DNA of 64,000 nt from a virus, in the IMG/VR virus record IMGVR_UViG_3300028394_002011; one strand, 5' to 3'. Every line of letters begins with the position of its first letter. The first letter of the stretch is position 1. The notes below the pieces were generated by a model. The model made no database searches. It worked only from the letters and a program-made list of their open reading frames with translations, and was not told the origin of the DNA. Below are positions 26,888 to 34,840 of the stretch, in pieces. Made by a program: the position numbers and the translations under genes.

Positions 26888-27073
26888 ATGGCAAATCCAA
26901 CTCCACCAGAAATATTGATTGCTGATTTTCAAACTAAGATTGATATAGTTGAAAACGATATTAAAAAATTGCAAGCAGACGGCTCTAGTCCGCGCAAAGT
27001 TGAAGCATTAACAGAATATAAAAAATATTTAGAAGACCAACTTAACTCAATGACCCATGGCGACAGATCTTGA
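26888..27073 (+). CDS. hypothetical coiled-coil protein
   Basis: 61 aa, AGGA SD. Confidence 0.65.
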   Translation: MANPTPPEILIADFQTKIDIVENDIKKLQADGSSPRKVEALTEYKKYLEDQLNSMTHGDRS

Positions 27074-27440
27074 AAGAGCACTTGATGAAAACAGAGCACC
27101 GTGGACCGGTATTGAATACCGAACTAAAGACTATTGGGTCTTTCGAGATGCATACCCTGTCACAGAAGGACATTTGCTTTTTGTGCCTACCAAAGAAGAC
27201 TGGGACCATCTCTGGGACTGCTACAAAGCCGCATACAAATTTGGCTACATGGGTGTCGAATCAGGCAAGTGGGACGCTTTCAATGTCGGACAAAACTGTG
27301 GCGAGGCTGCTGGTCAAACAGTAATGTATCCACACGTTCATATGATTCCAAGACGTAAGGGAGATATGCAAGATCCCCGTGGAGGAGTTAGACATGTTAT
27401 ACCAGAAAAAGGAAACTATAAAAATGCAAATAAGAGTTAA
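27057..27440 (+). CDS. HIT-family nucleotide hydrolase
   Basis: DAYPVTEGHLLFVP, FNVGQNCGEAAGQTV, YPHVHMIPR (first His of the triad replaced by Tyr). Confidence 0.88.
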   Translation: MATDLERALDENRAPWTGIEYRTKDYWVFRDAYPVTEGHLLFVPTKEDWDHLWDCYKAAYKFGYMGVESGKWDAFNVGQNCGEAAGQTVMYPHVHMIPRRKGDMQDPRGGVRHVIPEKGNYKNANKS

Positions 27441-27591
27441 AGAAAATCCAGAAGAGTTTGGAAAATGCGGTTGTGGTCGTAGTCCAACAGGCAAGTGTTG
27501 TGGCTGGCATGGTCTAACCGAAGAACAATATGCAGACCGTAAAGAGAAGTACGAAACAGGACAACAGGACCTAAGTGGCAAAGACATCTAA
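27424..27591 (+). CDS. CDGSH-type iron-sulfur mini-protein
   Basis: CGCGRSPTGKCCGWH resembles CxCxxS...CDGSH; ATG at 27424. Confidence 0.65.
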   Translation: MQIRVKENPEEFGKCGCGRSPTGKCCGWHGLTEEQYADRKEKYETGQQDLSGKDI

Positions 27592-27781
27592 TACTGTTAC
27601 TGTACTATGGGATAACCAGAATGGATTCTGGTGGAATGAAACCTGCGCTATTGTGTTAGAAGTATTTGGATTACCTGGAGATCGGTACATTACCAAACCC
27701 AGTCATGATGCCATGTTCTTTGATTTTAAAAACGAGAAGGATGCTGACTTATGCAGAATTTTACTAAGCGAGAGACTGTAG
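27575..27781 (+). CDS. hypothetical protein
   Basis: 68 aa, GTG start, overlaps neighbours. Confidence 0.65.
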   Translation: MAKTSNTVTVLWDNQNGFWWNETCAIVLEVFGLPGDRYITKPSHDAMFFDFKNEKDADLCRILLSERL

Positions 27782-27966
27782 AAATAGCCGTAATTGCTAT
27801 TGCATTTTTAATATCAATTCCGATAATATTTTTATCATTGCCAAAAAAAGGCGATGTAATACGATACGATTGTTCAATATCCGAAATTAGCCCTGACTTT
27901 CCTTTAGAAGTTAAGGAACAATGCCGAAAACTTCGAGCAGAAAATATCTTGCAAAAACCTAAATAA
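27751..27966 (+). CDS. small membrane-anchored protein
   Basis: TM segment IAVIAIAFLISIPIIFLSL, then YDC...QC. Confidence 0.65.
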   Translation: MQNFTKRETVEIAVIAIAFLISIPIIFLSLPKKGDVIRYDCSISEISPDFPLEVKEQCRKLRAENILQKPK

Positions 27967-27977
27967 ACCTATATAAT
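27949..27977 (+). promoter_or_regulatory. sigma70-type promoter for folE
   Basis: TTGCAA-17 bp-TATAAT; GGAG SD before ATG 27996. Confidence 0.75.
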
Positions 27978-27995
27978 ACAAACATAGGAGTAATA

Positions 27996-28820
27996 ATGAC
28001 TAGAGAATTTAAACCCGATCCCGTAATGAACGGTGGCATTGATACAGAATTTAAAACTGACGAATATCAACCGTTAGGCAAAGAAGTATATGTAAAGGCC
28101 GCAGACATGATGTCTGATAAAGGCTATTCAGAAGGTTACCTCGGTGCAAATATTCGTGCTAGAATGAAACGTGATAAAAAACGTTTCTGGGCAGGAGATA
28201 ATATCAGCGATTATCTCCACGAAGGCGACAAAGAAAAATTAATCGACGAAGCAACAGAAGCCTTTGAAGAAGTACTCGATCGATTGCTTATTGATCGAGA
28301 AAACGATCCAAACTCAAAAGGCACAGCACGTAGACTTGCCAAGATGTACTTTAATGAAATAATGGCAGGTAGATATGAACCAGCACCAGACGCAACAGCA
28401 TTTCCAAATGATACGAAGGACCGTTACGAAGGTATGTTGGTTGTCCGTAGTGAGCTTCGCAGTATGTGTAGCCATCATCACCAACCCGTTACTGGCGTTG
28501 CTTATATTGGTATTATTGCGGCTGAGAAACTCATCGGACTTAGCAAGTATACAAGGATCGCTCAGTGGTGTGCCCGTCGAGGTACTCTCCAGGAGGAACT
28601 TTGTAATGACATTGCTAGGGAAATCCAAAAAGCCACAGGCGCTGAAAACTTAGGCGTATATATTCAGGCTATACATGGTTGTTGTGAAAATCGTGGAATT
28701 ATGGCACACTCAAGTCTTACACAGACTACTGTGCTACAAGGTACATTTAAGACTGACCCTGGAGCGAAGAAAGAATTTTTTGACAATATTAAAATGCAAC
28801 AGGAGTTTGCCCCAAGATGA
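27996..28820 (+). CDS. folE: GTP cyclohydrolase I
   Basis: RSMCSHHHQPVTG, GLSKYTR, LQEE, HGCCENRG; N-terminal extension. Confidence 0.95.
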   Translation: MTREFKPDPVMNGGIDTEFKTDEYQPLGKEVYVKAADMMSDKGYSEGYLGANIRARMKRDKKRFWAGDNISDYLHEGDKEKLIDEATEAFEEVLDRLLIDRENDPNSKGTARRLAKMYFNEIMAGRYEPAPDATAFPNDTKDRYEGMLVVRSELRSMCSHHHQPVTGVAYIGIIAAEKLIGLSKYTRIAQWCARRGTLQEELCNDIAREIQKATGAENLGVYIQAIHGCCENRGIMAHSSLTQTTVLQGTFKTDPGAKKEFFDNIKMQQEFAPR

Positions 28821-29035
28821 CGACAGCCCAAGATTTAACTAATCAATTAATACATCGTGCAAAAAATCTAAAAGAGTTTGTGGTAGAAAGAGATTTTGAT
28901 AGCATACCCGGTGGTATTGTTAGATTCAACATACAACATACAATAGGACAATCTGCTCGGTTATTTGTGCCTGCACTTACGCAAGCGGAAGCAGAAGAAA
29001 TGGTAGACGAATGGTTTGAGGAGGATGTAGAATGA
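28817..29035 (+). CDS. hypothetical protein
   Basis: 72 aa, ATGA-coupled. Confidence 0.7.
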   Translation: MTTAQDLTNQLIHRAKNLKEFVVERDFDSIPGGIVRFNIQHTIGQSARLFVPALTQAEAEEMVDEWFEEDVE

Positions 29036-29205
29036 ATCCAAAATATCTTTATACTATTAAGTGGACACAACCGTATGCCACTTGCCAAATGCGTCCGTAT
29101 CTTAGACACCTTCGCGAAGAATACGAAATTCAAATTGAAGCTAGGTTGGCCCGTGGTGAATTTGATGATGCAAAGAAAGTGATAAAAAGGATCATGTCAT
29201 TATGA
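29032..29205 (+). CDS. hypothetical protein (57 aa, not in the ORF track)
   Basis: MNPKYLYTIKW...KRIMSL; GAGGA SD; ATGA overlaps at both ends fill the gap exactly. Confidence 0.75.
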   Translation: MNPKYLYTIKWTQPYATCQMRPYLRHLREEYEIQIEARLARGEFDDAKKVIKRIMSL

Positions 29206-29528
29206 AATGGTTTAAAAGAATGATAGTCAAGTGGGTGCGAGAAGATTGGGAAAACGCTGGCCAAGACTCTCGTACAGAAGAAGATTGTTATGCAACTCCT
29301 AAAATGGGCCGCGGCAATCCTATCAGTACGATCAGTGGTCGTGCTCATATCGATAGCGAACCCACACTGCAATTCAAAGTTTATAGTGCAGTTGGTGGTA
29401 AGGTTGTGGAGTTCCATCGCTATGATCCTAAAACTGATCGTAATGATCGCCAGGTATACATTATTGGTAAAGACGAAGACTTTGGCGAAAAGATTGCTAA
29501 AATTTCAATGTTGGAGTCACTACGATGA
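29202..29528 (+). CDS. hypothetical protein
   Basis: 108 aa, coupled to neighbours. Confidence 0.75.
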   Translation: MKWFKRMIVKWVREDWENAGQDSRTEEDCYATPKMGRGNPISTISGRAHIDSEPTLQFKVYSAVGGKVVEFHRYDPKTDRNDRQVYIIGKDEDFGEKIAKISMLESLR

Positions 29529-29875
29529 AAATACAAGTGCCAGCCGAAGGCATTATGAAAACAAACGATTGGGGTGACAGTAGAGTCTACCGAATTGCTT
29601 GTAATTGCGGAGATGAAAATCACAATCACAACATGTGGGTAGAAGCAGATGATTGCGATATTGTTGTAACCATTTACACTACAGGCAAAACAAATTGGTG
29701 GAGTAAAACACGGTGGTATCATATTTGGACACTGTTGACCAAAGGATACATCGACACTGAATCTTCAGTTCACTTGACAAACCAGCAGGCTTTCAACTAT
29801 GCTAACACATTATTAAGTGCCGTACAAGACTTAGAACAATTTAGGAAAAAGAATGAGCAAACTAAAAATAGCTGA
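29525..29875 (+). CDS. hypothetical protein
   Basis: 116 aa; CxC...H motif. Confidence 0.75.
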   Translation: MKIQVPAEGIMKTNDWGDSRVYRIACNCGDENHNHNMWVEADDCDIVVTIYTTGKTNWWSKTRWYHIWTLLTKGYIDTESSVHLTNQQAFNYANTLLSAVQDLEQFRKKNEQTKNS

Positions 29876-30704
29876 ATTATTTTATAGCATACAGGGTGAA
29901 GGACGCTACATGGGTGTACCGTCCGTTTTCTTACGAACATTTGGTTGTAATTTCAAATGTGCAGGCTTTGGTATGCCTAGAGGACAACTGAGTACTGAAA
30001 CAGAGTCAATTGCTGAACGTATTGCAGAATTTAAAACTTACAACGATTTGCCATTAGTAAGCACAGGTTGTGACAGTTATGCCAGCTGGGATCCACGTTT
30101 TAAAGACCTAAGCCCTTTGATGGAAACAGATGGCATTGCAGAACAGATTGTAGAAATACTGCCACATAAAACATGGGTTGACGAGCATTTGGTTATTACT
30201 GGCGGTGAACCGCTACTAGGTTGGCAACGTGCTTATCCTGATTTACTGGATCATGTTTATATGAGGCAATTGAAAGAAATTACTTTTGAAACAAATGGAA
30301 CTCAACTATTAACACCCGAATTTAAAGAATACTTGCAGGATTGGACCATGCGTATGCCTGGTGAACGGTGTGTGACATTTAGTGTTAGTGCCAAATTAAG
30401 TTGCAGTGGTGAGGCAAGACACGAAGCTATTAAACCTGAAGTTGTTAATGACTATCAAGATGTGGGCTATGTGTATTTGAAATTTGTAGTGGCAACTGAA
30501 GAAGATGCAGAAGAAGCAATTGAAACCGCAGACATTTATAGAGAAAATGGATTTACTGGTCCAGTATACTTAATGCCCGTTGGTGGTGTTGAAAGTGTTT
30601 ATGCATTGAACAATCGCCGTGTTGCAGAACTTGCTATGAAAAATGGCTTGCGCTACAGCGATAGACTACAAGTGCCGTTGTTTAAAAACGAGTGGGGAAC
30701 TTGA
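29853..30704 (+). CDS. queE: 7-carboxy-7-deazaguanine synthase (radical SAM)
   Basis: ELFYSIQGEG, FLRTFGCNFKC...GCDS, VITGGEPLL, FETNGT, KFVV, YLMP, RLQV. Confidence 0.92.
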   Translation: MSKLKIAELFYSIQGEGRYMGVPSVFLRTFGCNFKCAGFGMPRGQLSTETESIAERIAEFKTYNDLPLVSTGCDSYASWDPRFKDLSPLMETDGIAEQIVEILPHKTWVDEHLVITGGEPLLGWQRAYPDLLDHVYMRQLKEITFETNGTQLLTPEFKEYLQDWTMRMPGERCVTFSVSAKLSCSGEARHEAIKPEVVNDYQDVGYVYLKFVVATEEDAEEAIETADIYRENGFTGPVYLMPVGGVESVYALNNRRVAELAMKNGLRYSDRLQVPLFKNEWGT

Positions 30705-31138
30705 TGAAAAAATTAATCAAACGATTATTTGGTATTGATAAACTTGAAGCTGAAAAAACTCAAGCGCAAGAAGCACTGGCTCTAGCACAAGCAGAAACAA
30801 CCAAAGCTCAAGAATTAGAAGCTCAAGCTAAATTAACACCAAAAGAACGTGCTACTGCCAAAGGCGAGCCTTGGGTAGCTGTACTGGACACTCATGTAAA
30901 CAAAGATAATATACGTAATGGATTCTTTGAGCTTGACTGGAATGAGATATTTGTGTTAGAATTAAAACGTGCAGGATACGGCTACGATGGAGATCCTGAT
31001 GAAGAAATTGTAGATCGTTGGTTTAGAGATTTGGCAAGAAACATGTTGGGCGAAGCTGGAGTAGCTGATCCCGGACGTGTAGGTGCTGGATATATTAATG
31101 TAACAAAACTTGCCGATGGCAAAGCAGAGATAGAATGA
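30704..31138 (+). CDS. conserved hypothetical protein
   Basis: ATG at 30704 (TGATG overlap); FFELDWN...IVDRWF. Confidence 0.75.
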   Translation: MKKLIKRLFGIDKLEAEKTQAQEALALAQAETTKAQELEAQAKLTPKERATAKGEPWVAVLDTHVNKDNIRNGFFELDWNEIFVLELKRAGYGYDGDPDEEIVDRWFRDLARNMLGEAGVADPGRVGAGYINVTKLADGKAEIE

Positions 31139-32121
31139 CACATATTATAGTTGATACTGCTAACACGTTCTTTCGTGCTAGACATGTGGTGCAAGGCAGT
31201 GCTGATATCAAACTTGGCATGGCTTTTCATATTACTTTCAACTCTATTAAAAAAGCATGGCAAGACTTTGGCGGTAGTCATGTGGTGTTCTGCCTCGAAG
31301 GTCGTAGCTGGCGTAAGGACTTTTATACTCCGTATAAGGCCAATCGTAAAGAAGCTAGAGATGCGTTAACTGAAAAACAACAAGAAGAAGACAAGTTGTT
31401 TTGGGAAGCATTTGACGAATTCAAAAAGTTTGTCACAGAAAAGACCAACTGCACTGTGATGCAACATCCTAATCTAGAAGCAGATGACTTAATTGCTGGC
31501 TGGGTACAAGCACATCCAGATACAAAACATGTTATCATCAGCACAGATGGGGATTTTGCACAATTGATTAACGCTAATGTGAGCCAATATAATGGCGTAG
31601 GCGATTTGCATATTACACACGAGGGCACCTTTGATGCTAAAGGTAAACCTGTTAAGGATAAAAAGACCGGTGAGCCTAAGGCCGCACAAGATCCAGAATG
31701 GATGCTGTTTGAAAAATGTATGCGTGGCGATACCAGCGACAACGTCTTTTCTGCATATCCTGGTGTACGTACTAAAGGCAGTAAAAACAAAGTTGGTCTA
31801 ATTGAAGCGTTTGAAGATCGTAAAAGCAAAGGCTACTCGTGGAACAATCTCATGCTTCAGCGTTGGACCGATCATAACGGTTTAGAACATCGTGTGCTAG
31901 AAGATTATCAACGCAACATACAGTTGTGCGACTTGACTGCACAGCCCGCTGAGATTAAAGAAAAGATTATGGAAACTGTGAAAGCAAATGCTGTTTCTAA
32001 ATCTGTAGATCAAGTGGGAATTCGTATGTTAAAATTTTGCAATACGTGGGATATGAAAAAGATTGCGGACAATATACAAACATATGCAGAACCGTTCCAA
32101 GCAAAATACAAGGAAGAATAA
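31135..32121 (+). CDS. rnh: T4-like RNase H / 5'-3' flap exonuclease
   Basis: IVDTAN, EADDLIA, ISTDGDFAQL, GDTSDNV acidic motifs. Confidence 0.92.
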   Translation: MTHIIVDTANTFFRARHVVQGSADIKLGMAFHITFNSIKKAWQDFGGSHVVFCLEGRSWRKDFYTPYKANRKEARDALTEKQQEEDKLFWEAFDEFKKFVTEKTNCTVMQHPNLEADDLIAGWVQAHPDTKHVIISTDGDFAQLINANVSQYNGVGDLHITHEGTFDAKGKPVKDKKTGEPKAAQDPEWMLFEKCMRGDTSDNVFSAYPGVRTKGSKNKVGLIEAFEDRKSKGYSWNNLMLQRWTDHNGLEHRVLEDYQRNIQLCDLTAQPAEIKEKIMETVKANAVSKSVDQVGIRMLKFCNTWDMKKIADNIQTYAEPFQAKYKEE

Positions 32122-32612
32122 TGACAGAAATATACGCAAAACCTATTGTGGATGGAAAATTTTGGATTGTTGAAAAAGATGGATCCAAAATTGCCACATT
32201 ACATAAAAAAGAAAATAACAAATTTATTTTGAGTAGCACCACCGGCGAGGTAATGTTCAACAAAAAGCAAGATTTAACCAAACAGTTTGGTGATGGTTTC
32301 TTTCTATCTAGTAGCAAAGTCAAAGTCAAAGTTACTGCATCTGAAGAAGAAAATTTTGAATGTCACGGATACCCAACATTGTGTGAGCCGTTTAATAGTA
32401 TGTACGATGTGAGACGTAAATTGGCATTATTTACAAAATCAAATGCCAGTAAAAGTTTATACTGTGCGGGCTATTACATTATTAAATTTAATAAAGGGTG
32501 GGTTAAGAGTTTTTGTCCTAAGGCTATTACCATTGAACGATATCCATTTAAAGGTCCGTTTAAAGATAAACTAGAAATGAAGGCAGTGTTGGCAAATGCA
32601 AAATCCTATTAA
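32121..32612 (+). CDS. hypothetical protein
   Basis: ATG at 32121 (MTEIYAKPIVDGKFWIVE). Confidence 0.75.
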   Translation: MTEIYAKPIVDGKFWIVEKDGSKIATLHKKENNKFILSSTTGEVMFNKKQDLTKQFGDGFFLSSSKVKVKVTASEEENFECHGYPTLCEPFNSMYDVRRKLALFTKSNASKSLYCAGYYIIKFNKGWVKSFCPKAITIERYPFKGPFKDKLEMKAVLANAKSY

Positions 32613-32844
32613 TCTAACTCCAATAACACAATTTGTTCAGCTACTTAGAGTAGCTGAACTTAATCAACAAAAAGAAGTTAAATTGACCATACAGCAAGCA
32701 AGGTTATTAAATCTAGCACTAACTGAAACGTTGGATAAACTGAATAGAGACTGGGAAACATTGTACAGTGCTCTTAAAAATACTCAAAATACAGAAGTAA
32801 TAACTGTTACTATGGATGGCGGAGGCTTTGTAGAGCCTAAATAA
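32596..32844 (+). CDS. hypothetical protein
   Basis: 82 aa, helical. Confidence 0.7.
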   Translation: MQNPINLTPITQFVQLLRVAELNQQKEVKLTIQQARLLNLALTETLDKLNRDWETLYSALKNTQNTEVITVTMDGGGFVEPK

Positions 32845-32846
32845 AA

Positions 32847-32854
32847 GATAAATA
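32847..32854 (+). promoter_or_regulatory. T4-like late promoter (GATAAATA)
   Basis: Intergenic; GAGA SD and ATG 32883 downstream. Confidence 0.55.
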
Positions 32855-32882
32855 TATGCGTACTTATCGAGAGACGCATATT

Positions 32883-33167
32883 ATGTCAAGACCCAAACCT
32901 AAAGTGTTGTTAGAGTATACTAACAAAAAAACTTACAAATCTGAGCAGATTTTAGAATCTGAAGCCATTTGGGCTGTTTTCTATAAGAACGAGCCTTTCA
33001 ATTTAAAATCGTTTAACAGTCTTACCAGCTATCCCGGTCCTAAATATAAAAAGACCAGTTTCAGCAATCCTGGTCACGCATTGAACCTTGCTAAGAAATT
33101 AAATTTAACGTTTGGCACTGAAGACTTCCAAGTGATAAAATTGACACAAGGCACTGTGGTACCATGA
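32883..33167 (+). CDS. hypothetical protein
   Basis: ATG at 32883 (MSRPKPKVLLEY). Confidence 0.75.
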   Translation: MSRPKPKVLLEYTNKKTYKSEQILESEAIWAVFYKNEPFNLKSFNSLTSYPGPKYKKTSFSNPGHALNLAKKLNLTFGTEDFQVIKLTQGTVVP

Positions 33168-33553
33168 TTAATCGAAATTTGCTAACCAAAATATTTTTAC
33201 AACAATGGGGTAAAAGTATAGATGATGCAAATATCGAACTGTACAATAGAAAATGGTGGCAATCAAATCGAGTCAATAAACCCAATGCATTTAGACTAAG
33301 CGACGAAGGTTATGAATTTCTAACAACCATTTTAGAAATTCAAATGTATGAAATCCCATTCACTGAGCCAATTGAGCTCAGTCCTCAAACAATCATATTT
33401 TTGGAAAAATATATCGATTGTCCTTACTACTTAACAAACCAAAGTATTACAGTGTTTTCCGAACGTAAGAGTTTTGAACTGTATTTGTTTTCGGACGATA
33501 TCCGCAAATTTGGTTTGGTTAAGGCCATGAGCGAACGCCAAAAAGAATCTTAA
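33164..33553 (+). CDS. hypothetical protein
   Basis: 129 aa, ATGA-coupled. Confidence 0.75.
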   Translation: MINRNLLTKIFLQQWGKSIDDANIELYNRKWWQSNRVNKPNAFRLSDEGYEFLTTILEIQMYEIPFTEPIELSPQTIIFLEKYIDCPYYLTNQSITVFSERKSFELYLFSDDIRKFGLVKAMSERQKES

Positions 33554-33591
33554 TTTTTGGCTAGATTCAAGAATACTGCTTGAAAATTTAC

Positions 33592-33620
33592 TTGACTTTG
33601 TTGCGGTTAGGCCATATAAT
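33592..33620 (+). promoter_or_regulatory. sigma70-type promoter
   Basis: TTGACT-17 bp-TATAAT upstream of the MoxR gene. Confidence 0.85.
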
Positions 33621-33672
33621 ATACACATAGCTTAATTTTTTAACCCCGCTAACTTAAGATAGGAAATGTAAA

Positions 33673-34767
33673 ATGGCAGAAATCATTAGCCGCACCGTAG
33701 GCCCTAAAGGTGCTAAAAAGTCTTTGCGCAAAGCGTTTAAGAATCAGCGTCCAATTTTCCTGTGGGGTCCTCCCGGAATTGGCAAGTCGGATATTATTAA
33801 ACAACTTGGTACTGAGCTAGAAGCTCACGTTATTGACGTTCGTTTGTCATTGTGGGAACCTACTGATATTAAAGGTATTCCATATTTTGACTCAAACACA
33901 AGCAAAATGGTTTGGGCTCCTCCTAGCGAATTGCCAGACGAAGTAATGGCAAAACAGCATAAAACTATTATTTTGTTCATGGACGAAATGAATAGTGCGG
34001 CTCCCAGCGTACAGGCCGCGGCTTATCAATTGATTTTGAATCGCCGAGTTGGTACTTACAAACTGCCAGACAATGTTGTAATGGTTGCGGCTGGTAATCG
34101 TGAAACAGACAAAGGTGTTACATTCCGTATGCCTGCTCCGTTGGCTAACCGTTTTGTTCACTTGGAAATGACTGTTGAGTGGGATGACTACTTCGAGTGG
34201 GCCGCTGAAAACAAAGTGCATAAGGACGTAGTTGGTTTCTTGAGTTTCTCTAAGAAAGACTTGTATGACTTTGATCCTAAGTCTAGCTCACGTGCATTTG
34301 CTACTCCACGTAGCTGGTCCTTTGTTAGCGAATTGTTGCACGATGACGACTGCGATGCAGATACATTGACTGATTTGGTGTCAGGTTCTGTTGGTGAAGG
34401 ACTTGCTCTTAAGTTTATGGCTCACCGTAAACATGCTAGCAAAATGCCAAATCCAAGCGATATTTTGTCAGGCAAAGTTAAGAAAATGGACAGTAAAGAA
34501 ATTTCTGCCATGTACTCTTTGACTGTGTCATTGTGCTACGAATTGAAAGAATCTTGCGACAAGAAAGCCAAAAACTGGAGCGAGCAAACTAACAATTTCT
34601 TCGAATTTATGATGAATAACTTCGAAACAGAATTGGTTATCATGGGAACTAAGTTGGCATTGTCTACTTACAAACTGCCACTGGATCCGGACGAAATTGC
34701 ATGTTTTGACGAGTTCCATAAAAAGTTTGGCAAGTACATTGCACAAGCCACTGACAAGACTAAGTAA
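33673..34767 (+). CDS. MoxR-type AAA+ ATPase
   Basis: GPPGIGKS, LFMDEMN, AAGNR, PAPLANRF, TPRSW. Confidence 0.9.
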   Translation: MAEIISRTVGPKGAKKSLRKAFKNQRPIFLWGPPGIGKSDIIKQLGTELEAHVIDVRLSLWEPTDIKGIPYFDSNTSKMVWAPPSELPDEVMAKQHKTIILFMDEMNSAAPSVQAAAYQLILNRRVGTYKLPDNVVMVAAGNRETDKGVTFRMPAPLANRFVHLEMTVEWDDYFEWAAENKVHKDVVGFLSFSKKDLYDFDPKSSSRAFATPRSWSFVSELLHDDDCDADTLTDLVSGSVGEGLALKFMAHRKHASKMPNPSDILSGKVKKMDSKEISAMYSLTVSLCYELKESCDKKAKNWSEQTNNFFEFMMNNFETELVIMGTKLALSTYKLPLDPDEIACFDEFHKKFGKYIAQATDKTK

Positions 34768-34782
34768 TTGAAAATGCAGTGA

Positions 34783-34811
34783 TTGACACCGCCTTCGGGC
34801 GGTGTTATAAT
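34783..34811 (+). promoter_or_regulatory. perfect-consensus sigma70 promoter
   Basis: TTGACA-17 bp-TATAAT; GGAG SD before ATG 34841. Confidence 0.85.
34786..34806 (+). terminator. C(UUCG)G hairpin, probable terminator of the moxR mRNA
   Basis: ACACCGCC-TTCG-GGCGGTGT perfect 8-bp stem followed by TTAT. Confidence 0.7.
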
Positions 34812-34840
34812 ATATACATACAGTAAATTCAGGAGCAAAT

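Noticed and set aside
19982-31829. Long antisense ORFs such as 19982..20569 and 31323..31829, and many 60-130 aa alternative-frame ORFs
   Set aside because: Fully overlap well-supported genes with recognisable motifs; no independent SD or motifs.
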